Positions 49,412 to 61,500 of a DNA stretch of 64,000 bases are shown in pieces. This DNA comes from a virus: the IMG/VR virus record IMGVR_UViG_3300042691_022450. One strand, 5' to 3'. The position numbers and the translations under genes are program-made. Below the pieces are notes generated by a model that did not search any database, was not told where the DNA came from, and saw nothing but the letters and a program-made list of their open reading frames with translations. Each line of letters begins with the position of its first letter. The stretch's first letter is position 1.

Positions 49412-49691
49412 TGTCTAGGCCCGCATTATACCATAAGACCCAAAAAAAGTCAAGGGCATTACAGACACTCCTAGGGGTGGCACAAGACATATAGACAATG
49501 AAACTCCTGAGACTCACACATCTTATGAGTCTTGGGAGTATTTTGCTAGTTACTCGTAAGACTCATAGGTCTCAAACCACTGCAGTAACTGGCACATCGT
49601 ATCGTGAGTCTCACTGATTCTGCGATAGACTTATAGGGTCGGGAGGGGAGGGAATATTATAAACTCCCATAACTGATAAGAAATACGCACC

Positions 49692-49868
49692 TGTGGAAAA
49701 ATAGTTTTCCACAGGTTTCATTCATTTCCTATAGGGGAAAGTAATGATTTCCCACAGATAGTTTTCCACAAGTTTATGATGATTTGTAGTGTTTGCAAGG
49801 GTTTATAAGAATTGCCCTGTGGAAAAAGTCTTATAGTTTTCCACAGGTTCGTTATATCTTGTGGAAAA
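49692..49868. promoter_or_regulatory. Cluster of DnaA-box-like 9-mers (candidate origin or DnaA sink)
   Basis: TTTTCCACA at 49705, 49762, 49837; its reverse complement at 49692, 49818, 49860; one-mismatch copy at 49748. Confidence 0.65.
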
Positions 49869-50009
49869 CTATTCGTGTTAGAATCTCATTCGTCCTGAGA
49901 GTTCGTTATACATAAGAGTTCGTTATAATCATTCGTTGTGCTTATAGTATTATAATATATTCGTCTTATAGTATAATAATATAATAGCAACGTTATGTTT
50001 GAGACCCCC

Positions 50010-50240
50010 CATAAGGTTTGCTATTTCAATCAGACAGTGCTATACTATTCGTTGTACACAGTTTCTGACATAAACTGATGTCGTCCTCTGAGTATCATAA
50101 ACTCTCGGAGGAGTTCGTTATGCAACCCCCCATAAGGTTTGTTATTCTTATTGACCAAGACTACATAATTCGTGTTGCACAGTTCGTGTTATAAACTGAT
50201 GTCCTCCTTTCGTTATATCTAACCCCCCATAAGGTTTCGT
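50010..50240 (+). repeat. Degenerate ~100-bp tandem repeats
   Basis: CGTTAT..CCCCCCATAAGGTTT three times; CACAGTT..ATAAACTGATGTC twice. Confidence 0.75.
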
Positions 50241-50883
50241 ATTAGAATTAAACAGTAATGAATATAAACTATTCGTGATTGTTCGTTTATTATAATTAAA
50301 CAGCACTGTTTGACAGTTATATTTTGTGTTGTTGTATTCTTATACCTAACCGATGCCCCCTTATATAAAATCAATGGGTCCTTCAAGGCTACACCGAACC
50401 GAAAACGAGAGAGTAATTGTCTTTCAAATAAAAAAATTTTTCCAAAAAATTTTTCCAAAAAAGTTGAGGGCACAAGAACAAAAAATGATATATAAGTTTA
50501 GAATTTAATCAAAAAAATGACAATGAGATTAGAAATTGATGATTATGAAAAGGATCTTTTAATTGATACAATTCAGCATAGATTAGACACTGATAAAATC
50601 TTAGTGATTAACAATAGTCTGAAAGAAGAACTTGAAGATCTTCTAAGGAAAGTGGAAGAAGATGAATACGTATAATATTTCAGTAAATGGAAATGAAATA
50701 TTAAGTCAAGTGCCGCAGAATGATTTACAGGAAAATCTGAAACTTATCAGAGGACTTGTATGGACATCTGGGGGAAATGATGGGGATATTACAGTATCTC
50801 TAAATAAGAATGAAAACCATTGCAATGAATGATTTGTGGTGGTAGAATACTAAAGAACAGATTATTTTTCGCAATTATTTTTT

Positions 50884-51633
50884 ATGGCTAAAGGATTTAC
50901 GGTAAAAGCAAAACTTCCGACAGGACCTGTGGAAGGAGAGTTTAATTTAGAAGCAGCAAAAGAAATGATCCGAGGCAAATCAATTGTCTTTTGTTTGCCT
51001 GGACGAGGAGTATCTTATCTGTATCTGAAGAATTTTGTTCAATTATGTTTTGACCTTGTTCAGAACGGAGCAAGTATTCAGATTTCACAAGACTACAGTT
51101 CAATGGTGAACTTTGCACGATGCAAATGTCTTGGAGCAAATGTTCTCAGAGGACCCAAGCAGATTCCTTGGGATGGAAAACTACAGTATGATTATCAACT
51201 CTGGATTGACAGTGATATTGTCTTTGATACTGAGAAGTTCTATCGTCTTGTAGCAATGGACAAAGAGATTGCTGCTGGATGGTACTGCACTGAAGATGGT
51301 CACACCACATCGGTTGCCCATTGGTTACAGGAAGATGATTTCAGAAGCAATGGTGGTGTGATGAACCACGAGACACTGGAGACCATTCAGAAACGTCGTA
51401 AACCATTTACAGTGGATTACACAGGTTTCGGATGGGTTTTGATTAAGAAAGGTGTATTTGAGAATCTTGAGTATCCTTGGTTTGCTCCGAAGATGCAGGT
51501 CTTTGAATCTGGTGAAGTTCAAGATATGTGTGGAGAGGATGTTTCATTCTGTCTTGATGCAAAAGAGGCAGGATATGAGATCTGGTGCGATCCTCAAATT
51601 CGTGTTGGTCACGAAAAGACACGAATCATCTGA
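50884..51633 (+). CDS. Conserved cyanophage glycosyltransferase-like (GT-A) protein
   Basis: WIDSD (DxD), TGFG, GEDVSFC, VGHEK. Confidence 0.8.
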   Translation: MAKGFTVKAKLPTGPVEGEFNLEAAKEMIRGKSIVFCLPGRGVSYLYLKNFVQLCFDLVQNGASIQISQDYSSMVNFARCKCLGANVLRGPKQIPWDGKLQYDYQLWIDSDIVFDTEKFYRLVAMDKEIAAGWYCTEDGHTTSVAHWLQEDDFRSNGGVMNHETLETIQKRRKPFTVDYTGFGWVLIKKGVFENLEYPWFAPKMQVFESGEVQDMCGEDVSFCLDAKEAGYEIWCDPQIRVGHEKTRII

Positions 51634-51782
51634 TAAGTGTCTAGAAGGTATTTCTTGACCTTCTTTGAAACGTTATGATAGAATGTCTCTATAAGGTTTG
51701 TATCGTCTTATAGAGACATTTTTATTGGCTTGAGAGACTTTATAAAAACCCCCTTATAAAAACCGTTAGATGGAGAACTAAA

Positions 51783-51920
51783 ATGGCACAAAAGAGTCGG
51801 AAGGATATGAAGATTGAGAGTATTCCGAAGAATACTCGACAAGGTGAAGGTAGAAATACTAAATATGCTGCTACGAGTCGCAATGGGGCACGTAAGAAGT
51901 ACCGAGGTCAAGGACGGTAA
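51783..51920 (+). CDS. Small basic conserved cyanophage protein
   Basis: MAQKSRKD..PKNTRQGEG..KKYRGQGR (manual translation); GGAG RBS. Confidence 0.75.
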   Translation: MAQKSRKDMKIESIPKNTRQGEGRNTKYAATSRNGARKKYRGQGR

Positions 51921-51922
51921 AT

Positions 51923-52561
51923 ATGGCTTATTTAAACCATAGTCTTCCAGATTGGTCCTGTTATATTCGTAATGAATTTCTTTTTAATCACAAGAAAGGT
52001 CACGGTGAAGTAACTAAATGTGATGTTCATTGTGTTGCTAGTATTGAAAAAAGAGTTCCTTTATTTGAGGCATTCCTTGAGAATGGCGTGAATTGGACTC
52101 GTAGACCTCTTCACGCATTTTGTTGGAAACCAGATGCAGAAATAGAACCTTTAGAGGATCTTATGTACTGGGACTGCTTTTCACCGTATGTTGATGTTCA
52201 AAAACGTGCCCGTCTTGCTGGATTGCAAGCAGAATTGATTCGTCCTGATGGAAAAAAAGTGATTGGGAGATATATGTTTACCCTTGATTGGTCATGGGAA
52301 AATAAAGGAGTCACTGATCTTAATTTTTCAGAGACTCCTGAACATAAATGTGCTCATTTATTCAAGGTGGAAACTGGAAATTACTATGCATATCCAAACA
52401 ATCGCATTATTTGGTATGATAATGCCTGGACTTTCAATAGAATTGACAAAAATCCAGGATATGAAATTGATTTGACAGTATATTCGGTTGAAAATAAAAG
52501 AAAAATCGAAACATCTGATCATTACATGTACGAAATTACAAATTTAAATCAAAATAAATAA
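51923..52561 (+). CDS. Conserved phage hypothetical protein
   Basis: MAYLNHSLP..WDCFS..YMFTLDW..EHKCAH..YPNNRI. Confidence 0.8.
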   Translation: MAYLNHSLPDWSCYIRNEFLFNHKKGHGEVTKCDVHCVASIEKRVPLFEAFLENGVNWTRRPLHAFCWKPDAEIEPLEDLMYWDCFSPYVDVQKRARLAGLQAELIRPDGKKVIGRYMFTLDWSWENKGVTDLNFSETPEHKCAHLFKVETGNYYAYPNNRIIWYDNAWTFNRIDKNPGYEIDLTVYSVENKRKIETSDHYMYEITNLNQNK

Positions 52562-52582
52562 ATTTTTACTAAAGATATTGAG

Positions 52583-52924
52583 TTGAAACAGTTTTCGATG
52601 GGCAATCACCTTCTTTTGGAGGTTTATGATATAGAACACAATCTTCTGAATGATGGTATTTCTCTTCAGGGGGTGATGGAACGTGGAATTGAACGTGCTG
52701 GAATGACTATTTTAAATATTTTTCAGCACTGTTTCTATCCTCAAGGAGTTACGATTGTAATTGCTCTTTCGGAAAGTCATGTTTCGTGTCATACATGGCC
52801 GGAAAGAGGTTGTATTGCCATAGATGTATATACTTGTGGTGAAGGAAATCCAAAATTAGTTGCACTAGAATTGTTGAAGTATTTTAATTCGGATAATTAT
52901 AAACTTCGTCAGTTGGATCGTTAA
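52583..52924 (+). CDS. speD: S-adenosylmethionine decarboxylase proenzyme
   Basis: GNHLLLE..F.PQGVT..LSESHVSCHTWPE..DVYTCG (ES pyruvoyl cleavage site); alternative ATG at 52598. Confidence 0.92.
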   Translation: MKQFSMGNHLLLEVYDIEHNLLNDGISLQGVMERGIERAGMTILNIFQHCFYPQGVTIVIALSESHVSCHTWPERGCIAIDVYTCGEGNPKLVALELLKYFNSDNYKLRQLDR

Positions 52925-52979
52925 ATAATAATAGAGATAGCAACCTCTTTAAAAGTTCCGGTTTTACTAAAAACAGGAG

Positions 52980-53228
52980 TTGCAAATGTCTTTTTATCAA
53001 ATTGATAGAAATAAAGATTATATGAGAGAAATGTGGGGAACTACAAGTCTCATTACTGATTACAATCAACAAAAAAATACAAAAAAAGTACTTCAGGAGA
53101 TTATGCACGATCATGCACCAAAGCATGATTTTAAAAAACAAACTGAATTACACGAAAAGATCAGAAATGATGAAGATTATGATGATTGGAATTATGGTAC
53201 AGAACCAGTCTATGGAAAAATTGTCTGA
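52980..53228 (+). CDS. Conserved cyanophage hypothetical protein
   Basis: YMREMWGTTSLITDY..HEKIRNDEDYDDW. Confidence 0.7.
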   Translation: MQMSFYQIDRNKDYMREMWGTTSLITDYNQQKNTKKVLQEIMHDHAPKHDFKKQTELHEKIRNDEDYDDWNYGTEPVYGKIV

Positions 53229-53265
53229 AAAGTCTTATAGATATATAAAAGACAATTAATCTTAG

Positions 53266-53667
53266 ATGCCAATTAGCATTTCAAGATCTTTTAAAGACAT
53301 TAGTTTGTCTTTTTCACGTCATCCTGTTACAAATGATATTTTAATTTTAAAAAATGAGGATGCAATTAAAAGATCTGTTCTCAATTTAGTTCAAACTCAA
53401 ATTAGTGAGAGGTTCTTCAATAACTTATTGGGAACCTCTGTGAATTCTTCTTTGTTTGAACTTGCAACACAAGAAATAGAGATTATTTTAAAAAGAGAAA
53501 TTGAAACTGTATTAAATAATTTTGAACCAAGAATTAGATTAAATAATATAGAGGTAGAAGTAATTGATGATTATAATGAATTGACCGTTAAAATTGTATA
53601 TGACATTGTTGGACTACCATTACCACTACAGAATATAGAGTTTATTTTACAACCAACTAGAATATAA
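53266..53667 (+). CDS. gp25: Baseplate wedge subunit gp25
   Basis: FKDISLSF..HPVTND..NEDAIKRSV.NLV.T..ERFF..FEPR. Confidence 0.9.
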   Translation: MPISISRSFKDISLSFSRHPVTNDILILKNEDAIKRSVLNLVQTQISERFFNNLLGTSVNSSLFELATQEIEIILKREIETVLNNFEPRIRLNNIEVEVIDDYNELTVKIVYDIVGLPLPLQNIEFILQPTRI

Positions 53668-55559
53668 TGTCCTTCAATAACTTTACAAACTTAGATTTTA
53701 ATGATTTAAGAACTCAAATTAAGAGTTATTTGAGAGCAAATGCAAATTTTACAGATTTTGATTTTGAAGGATCTAATTTTTCTGTTTTAATTGATATTTT
53801 AGCATATAATTCTTACATTACTGCATTTAACACCAATATGGTGGTGAATGAATCCTTTATTGATAGTGCAACTCTTCGGGAGAATGTTGTTTCTCTTGCA
53901 CGTAATATCGGATATGTACCAAGATCAAAAAGTGCATCAAAGGGAAAAATAAGTTTTTCCGTAAGCACACCTAGAGATTCTAGTGGTAATTTAATTTCAA
54001 AAACAGTTACTTTAAAGGCAGGAGTAGTTGCCTTAGGTGCTGTGGAGGGGGGAAATTATATTTTTTCAATTCCAGAAGATAAAACAGTTGTTGTTGGAAA
54101 TGATGGATTTGCAAATTTCACAGATGTTGAAATTTATGAAGGAACATTTTTAACTAAATCATTTACAATTGACGATTCGCAACCAAATCAAAGATTTTTA
54201 ATTCCAAATGCAAGTGTGGATACATCTACACTTCGTGTGAAAGTTACAAATGTTATAAATGAAAAATATGAGTTATATAATAATATTTTTAAAGTAGACA
54301 AAACTTCAAAATTATTTTTAATACAAGAAGTTAGTGATGAGAAATATGAAATTGTATTTGGTGATAATATTTTAGGAAAAAGACCAATTAGTGGAAGTAC
54401 CGTTCTTGTTTCCTATATTGTAACAAATGGAAAGGAAGGTGATGGTTGCTTTAACTTTACATTTTCAGGAATTTTAGTTGATAATAATCAAACAGCAATC
54501 ACAAGTGGAATTTCTTTAATTACCACAACTCAAGTATCAGAAAATGGTGACGATATTGAGTCTATTGATTCAATTAAATATCTTGGACCAAGAGTCTATG
54601 CCTCCCAGTATCGTGCAGTTACTGCAAATGACTATAAAGGATTAATCCCATCTATTTTTCCAAATGTAGATACTGTTACTGCTTATGGTGGAGAAGAACT
54701 AGACCCACCAGAATATGGAAAAGTTTACATTTCAATAAAACCAAGAAATGGTAAATTTTTATCTCAAATCTCAAAAAATGAGATTAAAAAGCAACTAAAG
54801 CAATATTCAATTGCAGGAATACAACCAGAGATTATTGATTTGAAATATTTGTATGTTGAATTGGAATCCTCTGTATATTATGACAAAAGTTCAACTTCAA
54901 GTGTTACTGATTTACAATCTAGAGTTATTAATTCATTAAAGAGTTATGCAAAATCAACAGAATTGAACAGTTTTGGTGGAAGATTTAAGTATAGTAAAGT
55001 TTCAACGTTAATTGATAGCACAAGCACTGCAGTCACTTCAAATATCACAAAAGTAAAAATAAGAAGAGATTTACAACCAGCACTCAATACTCTTGCAAAT
55101 TATGAACTTTGTTTTGGAAATCAATTTCATATTCAAAAGTTAATTGATGGGAAAGGATATAACATAAAATCTACAGGATTTACTGTCAAAAATATAGCAG
55201 ATAAATTATATTTAAGTGATACACCAAGGACAGATGAAGTTGGAACTATCTTTTTCTTTAGACTTGTGAATGGAGTTCCATTCATTGTAGTAAATAATGC
55301 AGGAGAAGTTAATTACAAAAAAGGAGAAATATTATTAAATCCAGTGATTATAACTTCTTCGGATAATTCTTCGGGAATACAAATTCAAGCAATTCCGGAA
55401 TCAAATGATATCATTTCTTTGAAAGATATATACTTAGAGATGGATACTACTACACTTAAAGTAACTATGCTAGAGGATGTGATAACTTCTGGAGAAAATA
55501 CCTCTGCAACAGAATATCCAGTCACATCTAGTTACAACAACGGAAATTATATAAGATAA
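53667..55559 (+). CDS. gp6: Baseplate wedge subunit gp6
   Basis: LDFNDLR..FTDFDFEGSN..LAYN..ESFIDSATLRENVVSLA..RAVTANDY. Confidence 0.93.
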   Translation: MSFNNFTNLDFNDLRTQIKSYLRANANFTDFDFEGSNFSVLIDILAYNSYITAFNTNMVVNESFIDSATLRENVVSLARNIGYVPRSKSASKGKISFSVSTPRDSSGNLISKTVTLKAGVVALGAVEGGNYIFSIPEDKTVVVGNDGFANFTDVEIYEGTFLTKSFTIDDSQPNQRFLIPNASVDTSTLRVKVTNVINEKYELYNNIFKVDKTSKLFLIQEVSDEKYEIVFGDNILGKRPISGSTVLVSYIVTNGKEGDGCFNFTFSGILVDNNQTAITSGISLITTTQVSENGDDIESIDSIKYLGPRVYASQYRAVTANDYKGLIPSIFPNVDTVTAYGGEELDPPEYGKVYISIKPRNGKFLSQISKNEIKKQLKQYSIAGIQPEIIDLKYLYVELESSVYYDKSSTSSVTDLQSRVINSLKSYAKSTELNSFGGRFKYSKVSTLIDSTSTAVTSNITKVKIRRDLQPALNTLANYELCFGNQFHIQKLIDGKGYNIKSTGFTVKNIADKLYLSDTPRTDEVGTIFFFRLVNGVPFIVVNNAGEVNYKKGEILLNPVIITSSDNSSGIQIQAIPESNDIISLKDIYLEMDTTTLKVTMLEDVITSGENTSATEYPVTSSYNNGNYIR

Positions 55560-55560
55560 A

Positions 55561-58500
55561 ATGTCAGAAGTTAAAAGAGTAAAAATCCAATCTTTTATTG
55601 AATCACAAATTCCAGAATTTTTAAATTCTGAATCTCCTCTGTTCAAAGAATTTTTAGAGCAATATTATATTTCACAGGAACATCAGACTGGTGTTACTGA
55701 TTTAACAGTTAATTTACAAAATTATAAAAGCATTGATAATTTTAATAACGAAACATTTTACAGCACAGTTGGAATTTGTACTCTCACTTCTGATGTTGTG
55801 TCTTTTGATGATACGATTCTCGTCAATCATACAATTGGATTTCCCCAAAAATATGGTTTATTGAAAATTGATAATGAAATTATTACATACACGGGAATTA
55901 CAACAAATTCTTTTACTGGTTGTATTCGTGGTTTTTGTGGATTAGATAAAGATAATACAAATGATTTATTTAAATTTTCTTCAACAGATACTTCAGACCA
56001 TACAAAAAATTCACAGGTAATTAATTTAAATATTTTATTTTTTCAGGAATTATTTAAAAAATTCAAAACACAATTTTTACCTGGATTTGAAGATAGACAA
56101 TTTGCAACTGGAATTAATTTACAAACAATATTATCAAGAGCAAAGGATTTTTATACTACAAAAGGAACTGATACTTCATTTAAAATTCTTTTTAGTGTTC
56201 TTTTTAATGAGTCAATATCTGTCATTAAACCACAAGACTATTTAATTTCTCCATCATCAAATGATTATTTGATAACTAAAAATATTTTAGTTGAACAAAT
56301 AATTAGAGATTCCACATTTAAAGTTTCGGATTCTACTTTAAGAAAAGAATTAAAAGGAAAAACAATATTTCAATCAACTTTAGATAATAAAACAGCAAGT
56401 GCATCAATTTATAATGTTGAATATAGACCAATAAATTCTGGAGATTTTATATACAATTCGGTTGGATTTGACGAAACTGCACAAAAAAATTATATCACCA
56501 AGGATTTTTATGAAATTTCTTTAGATCGTACATCATTTATATTAAACTTTGAATCTACTAAGAAAACAAAAGTTTTAGAAAATACATTCAAAAATTCAAC
56601 TTCTATTTTAGTTGATTCTACAATTGGATTTAAAAAATCTGGAACTTTATTGATTAAACCAAAAAATCTTTCAAATCCAATTGTTTTAACATACACCGAT
56701 AAAACAATTAATGAATTTTTAAATGTAAGTGGTCTAACAATTGATTTAGATTATGGTGCAGAAATAATTGAAGAAAATTTCTTATACACATATTTGGATG
56801 ACGGATCAAAAATTGAATTCAGATTGATTAACATTATTAATGATATTGATTATAAAGAAACATCAAATTTAAGAGTAAATGATAAAATACAACTATTTTC
56901 ATTTGGTATTGATTTAAATGACCGAATTGAATTCAATCAATGGATTTATAATGTACCAACAACGCATCTCATAAAATCAGTAGATACAGGTAGAATATAT
57001 TTGTATGAAAACATTAATTTGTCTATTGGAGACCAAGTAGTATTATCTAATCCAGATTTAGTAGATGTACAAAATGTTACAGTAAGTATTGAAGGATTTG
57101 GTTTTAATGCATTTGGACATTTTATTGATACAAAAGGTCCAAATGCAAGCACATTCAAAAAAACACATTTAACAAAAATCATTAATAAAGTTTCTAGTGA
57201 TCAAAATTATTTTCCAAATGTTTCTATTTTTCCATCTTCAATTCAGAATACCTACATTGATTATAATAGTGAAAATTTTTATGTTGCTTCTTCTGGACTC
57301 CCCAATTATGAAATTTATGCAACCGATAGAAAAACATTTGTTTCTGCAAATGTAAGTACGGGTTCAACTACAATTTTAAATTGTTCTAATCACAATTTAT
57401 TTACTGGTGAAAAAATATATTATATTCAAAAATCTGGAAATGTTGGAATTAGAACTTCTGCATATTTTGTAACAAAAGTAAATGACAATCAAGTAAAATT
57501 GTCATATAGTAATTCTGATTTATTCTCAAAAACTTATGTCCCAATAAAAAATAATGTTGATGGTGATTATTTTGTTAAATTTGATTTTCAAAATAAATCA
57601 TTAGGCAATCAAAAATTATTTAAAAAATTTAATTTAGTTAAAAAATTAAATAAATTTTTTACAGATAATGATAAAAGTACTATAGATAAAGCCACTGGGA
57701 TTTTAATCAATGGTGTTGAAATATTTTCACCGACTCTTTATGATGAAAATATTTACTACGGAAAAATTAATTCGGTCATTGTTGAGAGTTCAGGAAAGGA
57801 TTATGATGTTATTAATTTTTCTGGTTTAGAAGTTGATGATATTTATGGCACTGGTGCATCAGTAGAGGCAAATCTATCTGGAAGTCTGGATAAAGTAATA
57901 TTATTAAATCCTGGAATTGGATATCCAAGAAAACCAAAAATTACTTTAGTTGGAGGAAATGGATCAGGAGCAGTTTTAGAGTCAAACTTAGTAAAAACTA
58001 AAATCGTATCAAAATTTAACCCAAGTTCCGCCATCAGCATTGGATCAAGCACAATACAGTTTTTGACTAATCATAATTTTGATGACGGAGAAGAAGTATC
58101 TTATATTAATGATTCTAATGGAAATGTATCACCATTAATAAACAATTCAAATTATTTCGTAGGTATAGTAAGTGCAACACAACTGAAATTATATAAAACT
58201 AAGGAAAATGCATTAGGAAAAAATAGTCCTATTACTTTCACTGGGATTGGTTCAGGAATACACTCTTTAAAAACCTTAAATTCAAAAAATACAATCACAA
58301 AAATTTATGTAAAAGAAAAAGGAAAAAATTATTCAAATAGATCGGTCAAAATACCAAGTGATTTATCATCAAATAACCAAAATAATGGAATAAACACATT
58401 TGATGATTATATTTTTGCAAAAGAACACAATTTTAAAAATGAAGATGTAGTAATATACTCCACAAGTGGCACTTCAATATCTGGATTATCAACTCAAACA

Positions 58501-61500
58501 AATTATTATGTTACTGTAATTGATAGCAATAGATTTAAATTATCAGTTTTTGGATCTTCTGAAAATCAAAGAATTAATTATGATAATAAAAAATATGTTA
58601 GGTTTTCTTCTGTAGGGGTAGGAACTCACATTTTCTCATATCCACCAATTCAAATTGAAATTGAACACGTTTCTGGAATTGCAACTTCACCATCGGCAGA
58701 ACCGATAGTTCTTGGATCAATTGAAAATGTTTTTATCACAAATGATGGAAAAAATTATGGTTCTCCTGATACATTAAATTATCACAGAAAACCTAGAGTT
58801 GGAATTTTCAGTATTCTTTCTGAATGTATTCTAAAACCAGTTTTGTTGAATGGTTCTATTGTTGATGTTCAAATATTAAACTCTGGTAGAGGATACGGGA
58901 AAGACATTGATATAAAGATATTTGGCAAAGGAAAATATGCAGAATTATATCCAATTGTAACAAATGGAAAAATAACAAGTATTAATATTTTGAATTCTGG
59001 TATAGGTTATGATGAAAAGACTACGTTACTTATTCAAAGAAGAGGTTTAGGTGCAAGATTTAGTGCCAATATTTTTGAATGGAAAATTAATCAAGTAGAA
59101 AAAAACAAAAAAATTATTTCACCCAATGATGGGGGTTTAATTGTACCTAGTAAAAACAACGAAACAACACTGGAATTTATTCATTTTTATCCACCAAAAA
59201 ATCTAAGATTTAAAGTTAATAATTTTATTGATAAAGATAATAATGAAATCTTACCAGACAATAATCAAAATCCATATAAAATTTTAGGGTGGGCTTACGA
59301 TGGAAATCCAATTTTTGGACCATATGGAAAAGTTAATGGTGAGTCAAAATTATTACAATCAAGCTATAAACTAAAAAATTCTGGTGAAATCGGAATTTCA
59401 ATTTCAAATCAACTGAGACCCAATTTTGGATCAGGATTTTTTGTACAAGATTATCTTTATGATAGGGGAACTGGAGATTTAGATGAATATAATGGAATGT
59501 TTATTAATGACAAAAATTTACCAAATATTAACTATGGTTACTTTTCAACGATTTCTAATGATGAAAAAGAACCACAGTATCCATATACAGTACCTTTGAA
59601 TTTTAAAGATTTACCAATAGAAGAAAATTTTAATCCGTTATTTAATCAAGATTTTAATTTTGAATCCTTAGATATTGTTAGAAATATTGGACCTTATTAT
59701 TTGAATTCAAGTAATTCTTCTTATGATTTAATTGATAAAATTGATTCAAAATATAAACAAGAATTTATTGTTAAAGATATAAGTTCTTCTGGTATAACTT
59801 CAATTTCTATTTTTGAACCAGGTGATAATTATAAAGTAGGAGAATTAATTAAATTTGACAGTAAATCTTCTGGTGGAAATTCAGTTTCTGCTGAGATTTC
59901 TAGGATAAAAGGAAAAAACGTATCAAATGTACAGGTTGGAATTTTAACATTTACTGATGTAAATTTCATCACAAAGGGTGTTTCAATAAAAGGAATTACA
60001 AATCAACCACATAATCTAATTAGTGATGATGAAATCATTATATCCAATTTGTCATCAAGTGAATTTAATCATTTGGAAGGAACTAAAAAAATATATGTTT
60101 TCCAAAACAGTGCAGGATTAGTAGAAAACCTAGAGAGTCAATCAGTTACTGGAGTGACAACATACGTTAAAGTTACCGATGTATCTGGATTTGAAGTTGA
60201 TAATTTTATAGGAATAGGAACAGAAGTTTTAAAAATAATCAACATTTCTTCAACGGAATCAAAATTATACGTAAATAGATTTGATAATTATTCTGGAATA
60301 CACAGTGTAGGATTTGCAACTGTAACTTTGTTGCCAAATACATTTACATTTTCAACTCAAAAATATGAAGATGATATAGTTGAAAATAAAACTGTTTATT
60401 TCAATCCAAGCAATACGATTGGAATTGGAACAACTGGTTCAATTTATTATAACATAGTCGGATTTCAAACTGCTTTCGGAACTTTAAATGCAACAGGTCT
60501 CAGCACAGTTGGTGTAAATACTACTTTATTGGAAATTGGTGATTATGTATTTGGGACTAATATTCAAAATAACACAACTATAACATCAATTGGGATTGGT
60601 TCAATTACAATAACACCAGACCACACTCTTGGTGGTGGGATATCAACAAATTTATTGACATTTTCAAGGAAAATATACGATAAAACTGTTCCAAGTCGTT
60701 CAATATACATACCAAGTCACAAATTTTATACTGGACAATCTATTACTTATAATGTTGGGTTGGTTGGAAATGGCATTGTGGTTTCTGAAACTGGGACAGG
60801 AACAACATTTAGATTAGCAAACAACCAAACAGTATATACAGTTAATTTAGGAAAAGATTATGTTGGTCTATCTACTTTAGGATTTACTACTAGTACTGGA
60901 ATTGGAACGACACAAAATTCTTTATATTTTAGAAGTCCTATTGAAAATATTGGTTTGGCTCATTCTTTGACAACTCAATATGAAAAAATTAAGGGGAAAG
61001 TAAATAATTATTCAGTAGTCGTTTCAACTTCTCAAACACACGGTTTGCAAACAGGTGACAATATTAAATTTAATTTTGAACAAAGTAACACAAATACTAT
61101 AAAATTAAGATACGACAAAGTAATTAGAAAAATAACTACAGAACTTATTGATTTTGACCCCTTATCGGGAATAAACACACTCACAAATGAAATTAATATT
61201 CCTGGAAATAATTTAAAAACAGGAGATAAGATTGTTTATTATACTAATGACCAAACTTCTGTTGGTGGATTATCTACAAATGCTGTGTATTATGTTTTAA
61301 AACAAAATCCAGATAAAATTAAGTTATCAAGTTATCAATATGATGCTAATGTTGGAATTGCAATTACTTTGACTTCTGTTGGTGCAGGATTAACTCACAA
61401 TTTTGCTCTCGTCAATCCACCAATCAATATTTTAAATGGAAATATAATATCCTTTGATTTAACTGATGGTAGTCTTTCAAATATGGATTTGAGACTATAT

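Larger units (their letters stand above)
361..49596 (+). repeat. Dispersed family (~30 copies) of palindromic promoter cassettes GTGCCA-N10-TGGCAC / GACACTT-N4-AACTGGCAC, ~30 bp, then -10 box
   Basis: Approximate copies at 361, 3827, 3901, 7747, 10292, 11400, 11773, 16003, 16456, 19034, 20231, 21717, 24576, 28019, 29643, 31492, 32926, 34421, 34687, 37147, 38600, 39665, 40247, 41768, 42671, 42949, 44237, 45202, 46091, 47706, 49463, 49575. Confidence 0.88.

Noticed and set aside
361-49596. Sigma54 promoters suggested by TGGCAC
   Set aside because: No TTGC at -12, the motif is half of a palindrome followed by a TATAAT box, and cyanobacteria lack sigma54
361-49596. Integron attC-like cassette array or IS ends
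   Set aside because: No integrase or transposase in the window and no GTTRRRY cores; fixed spacing to -10 boxes favours promoters
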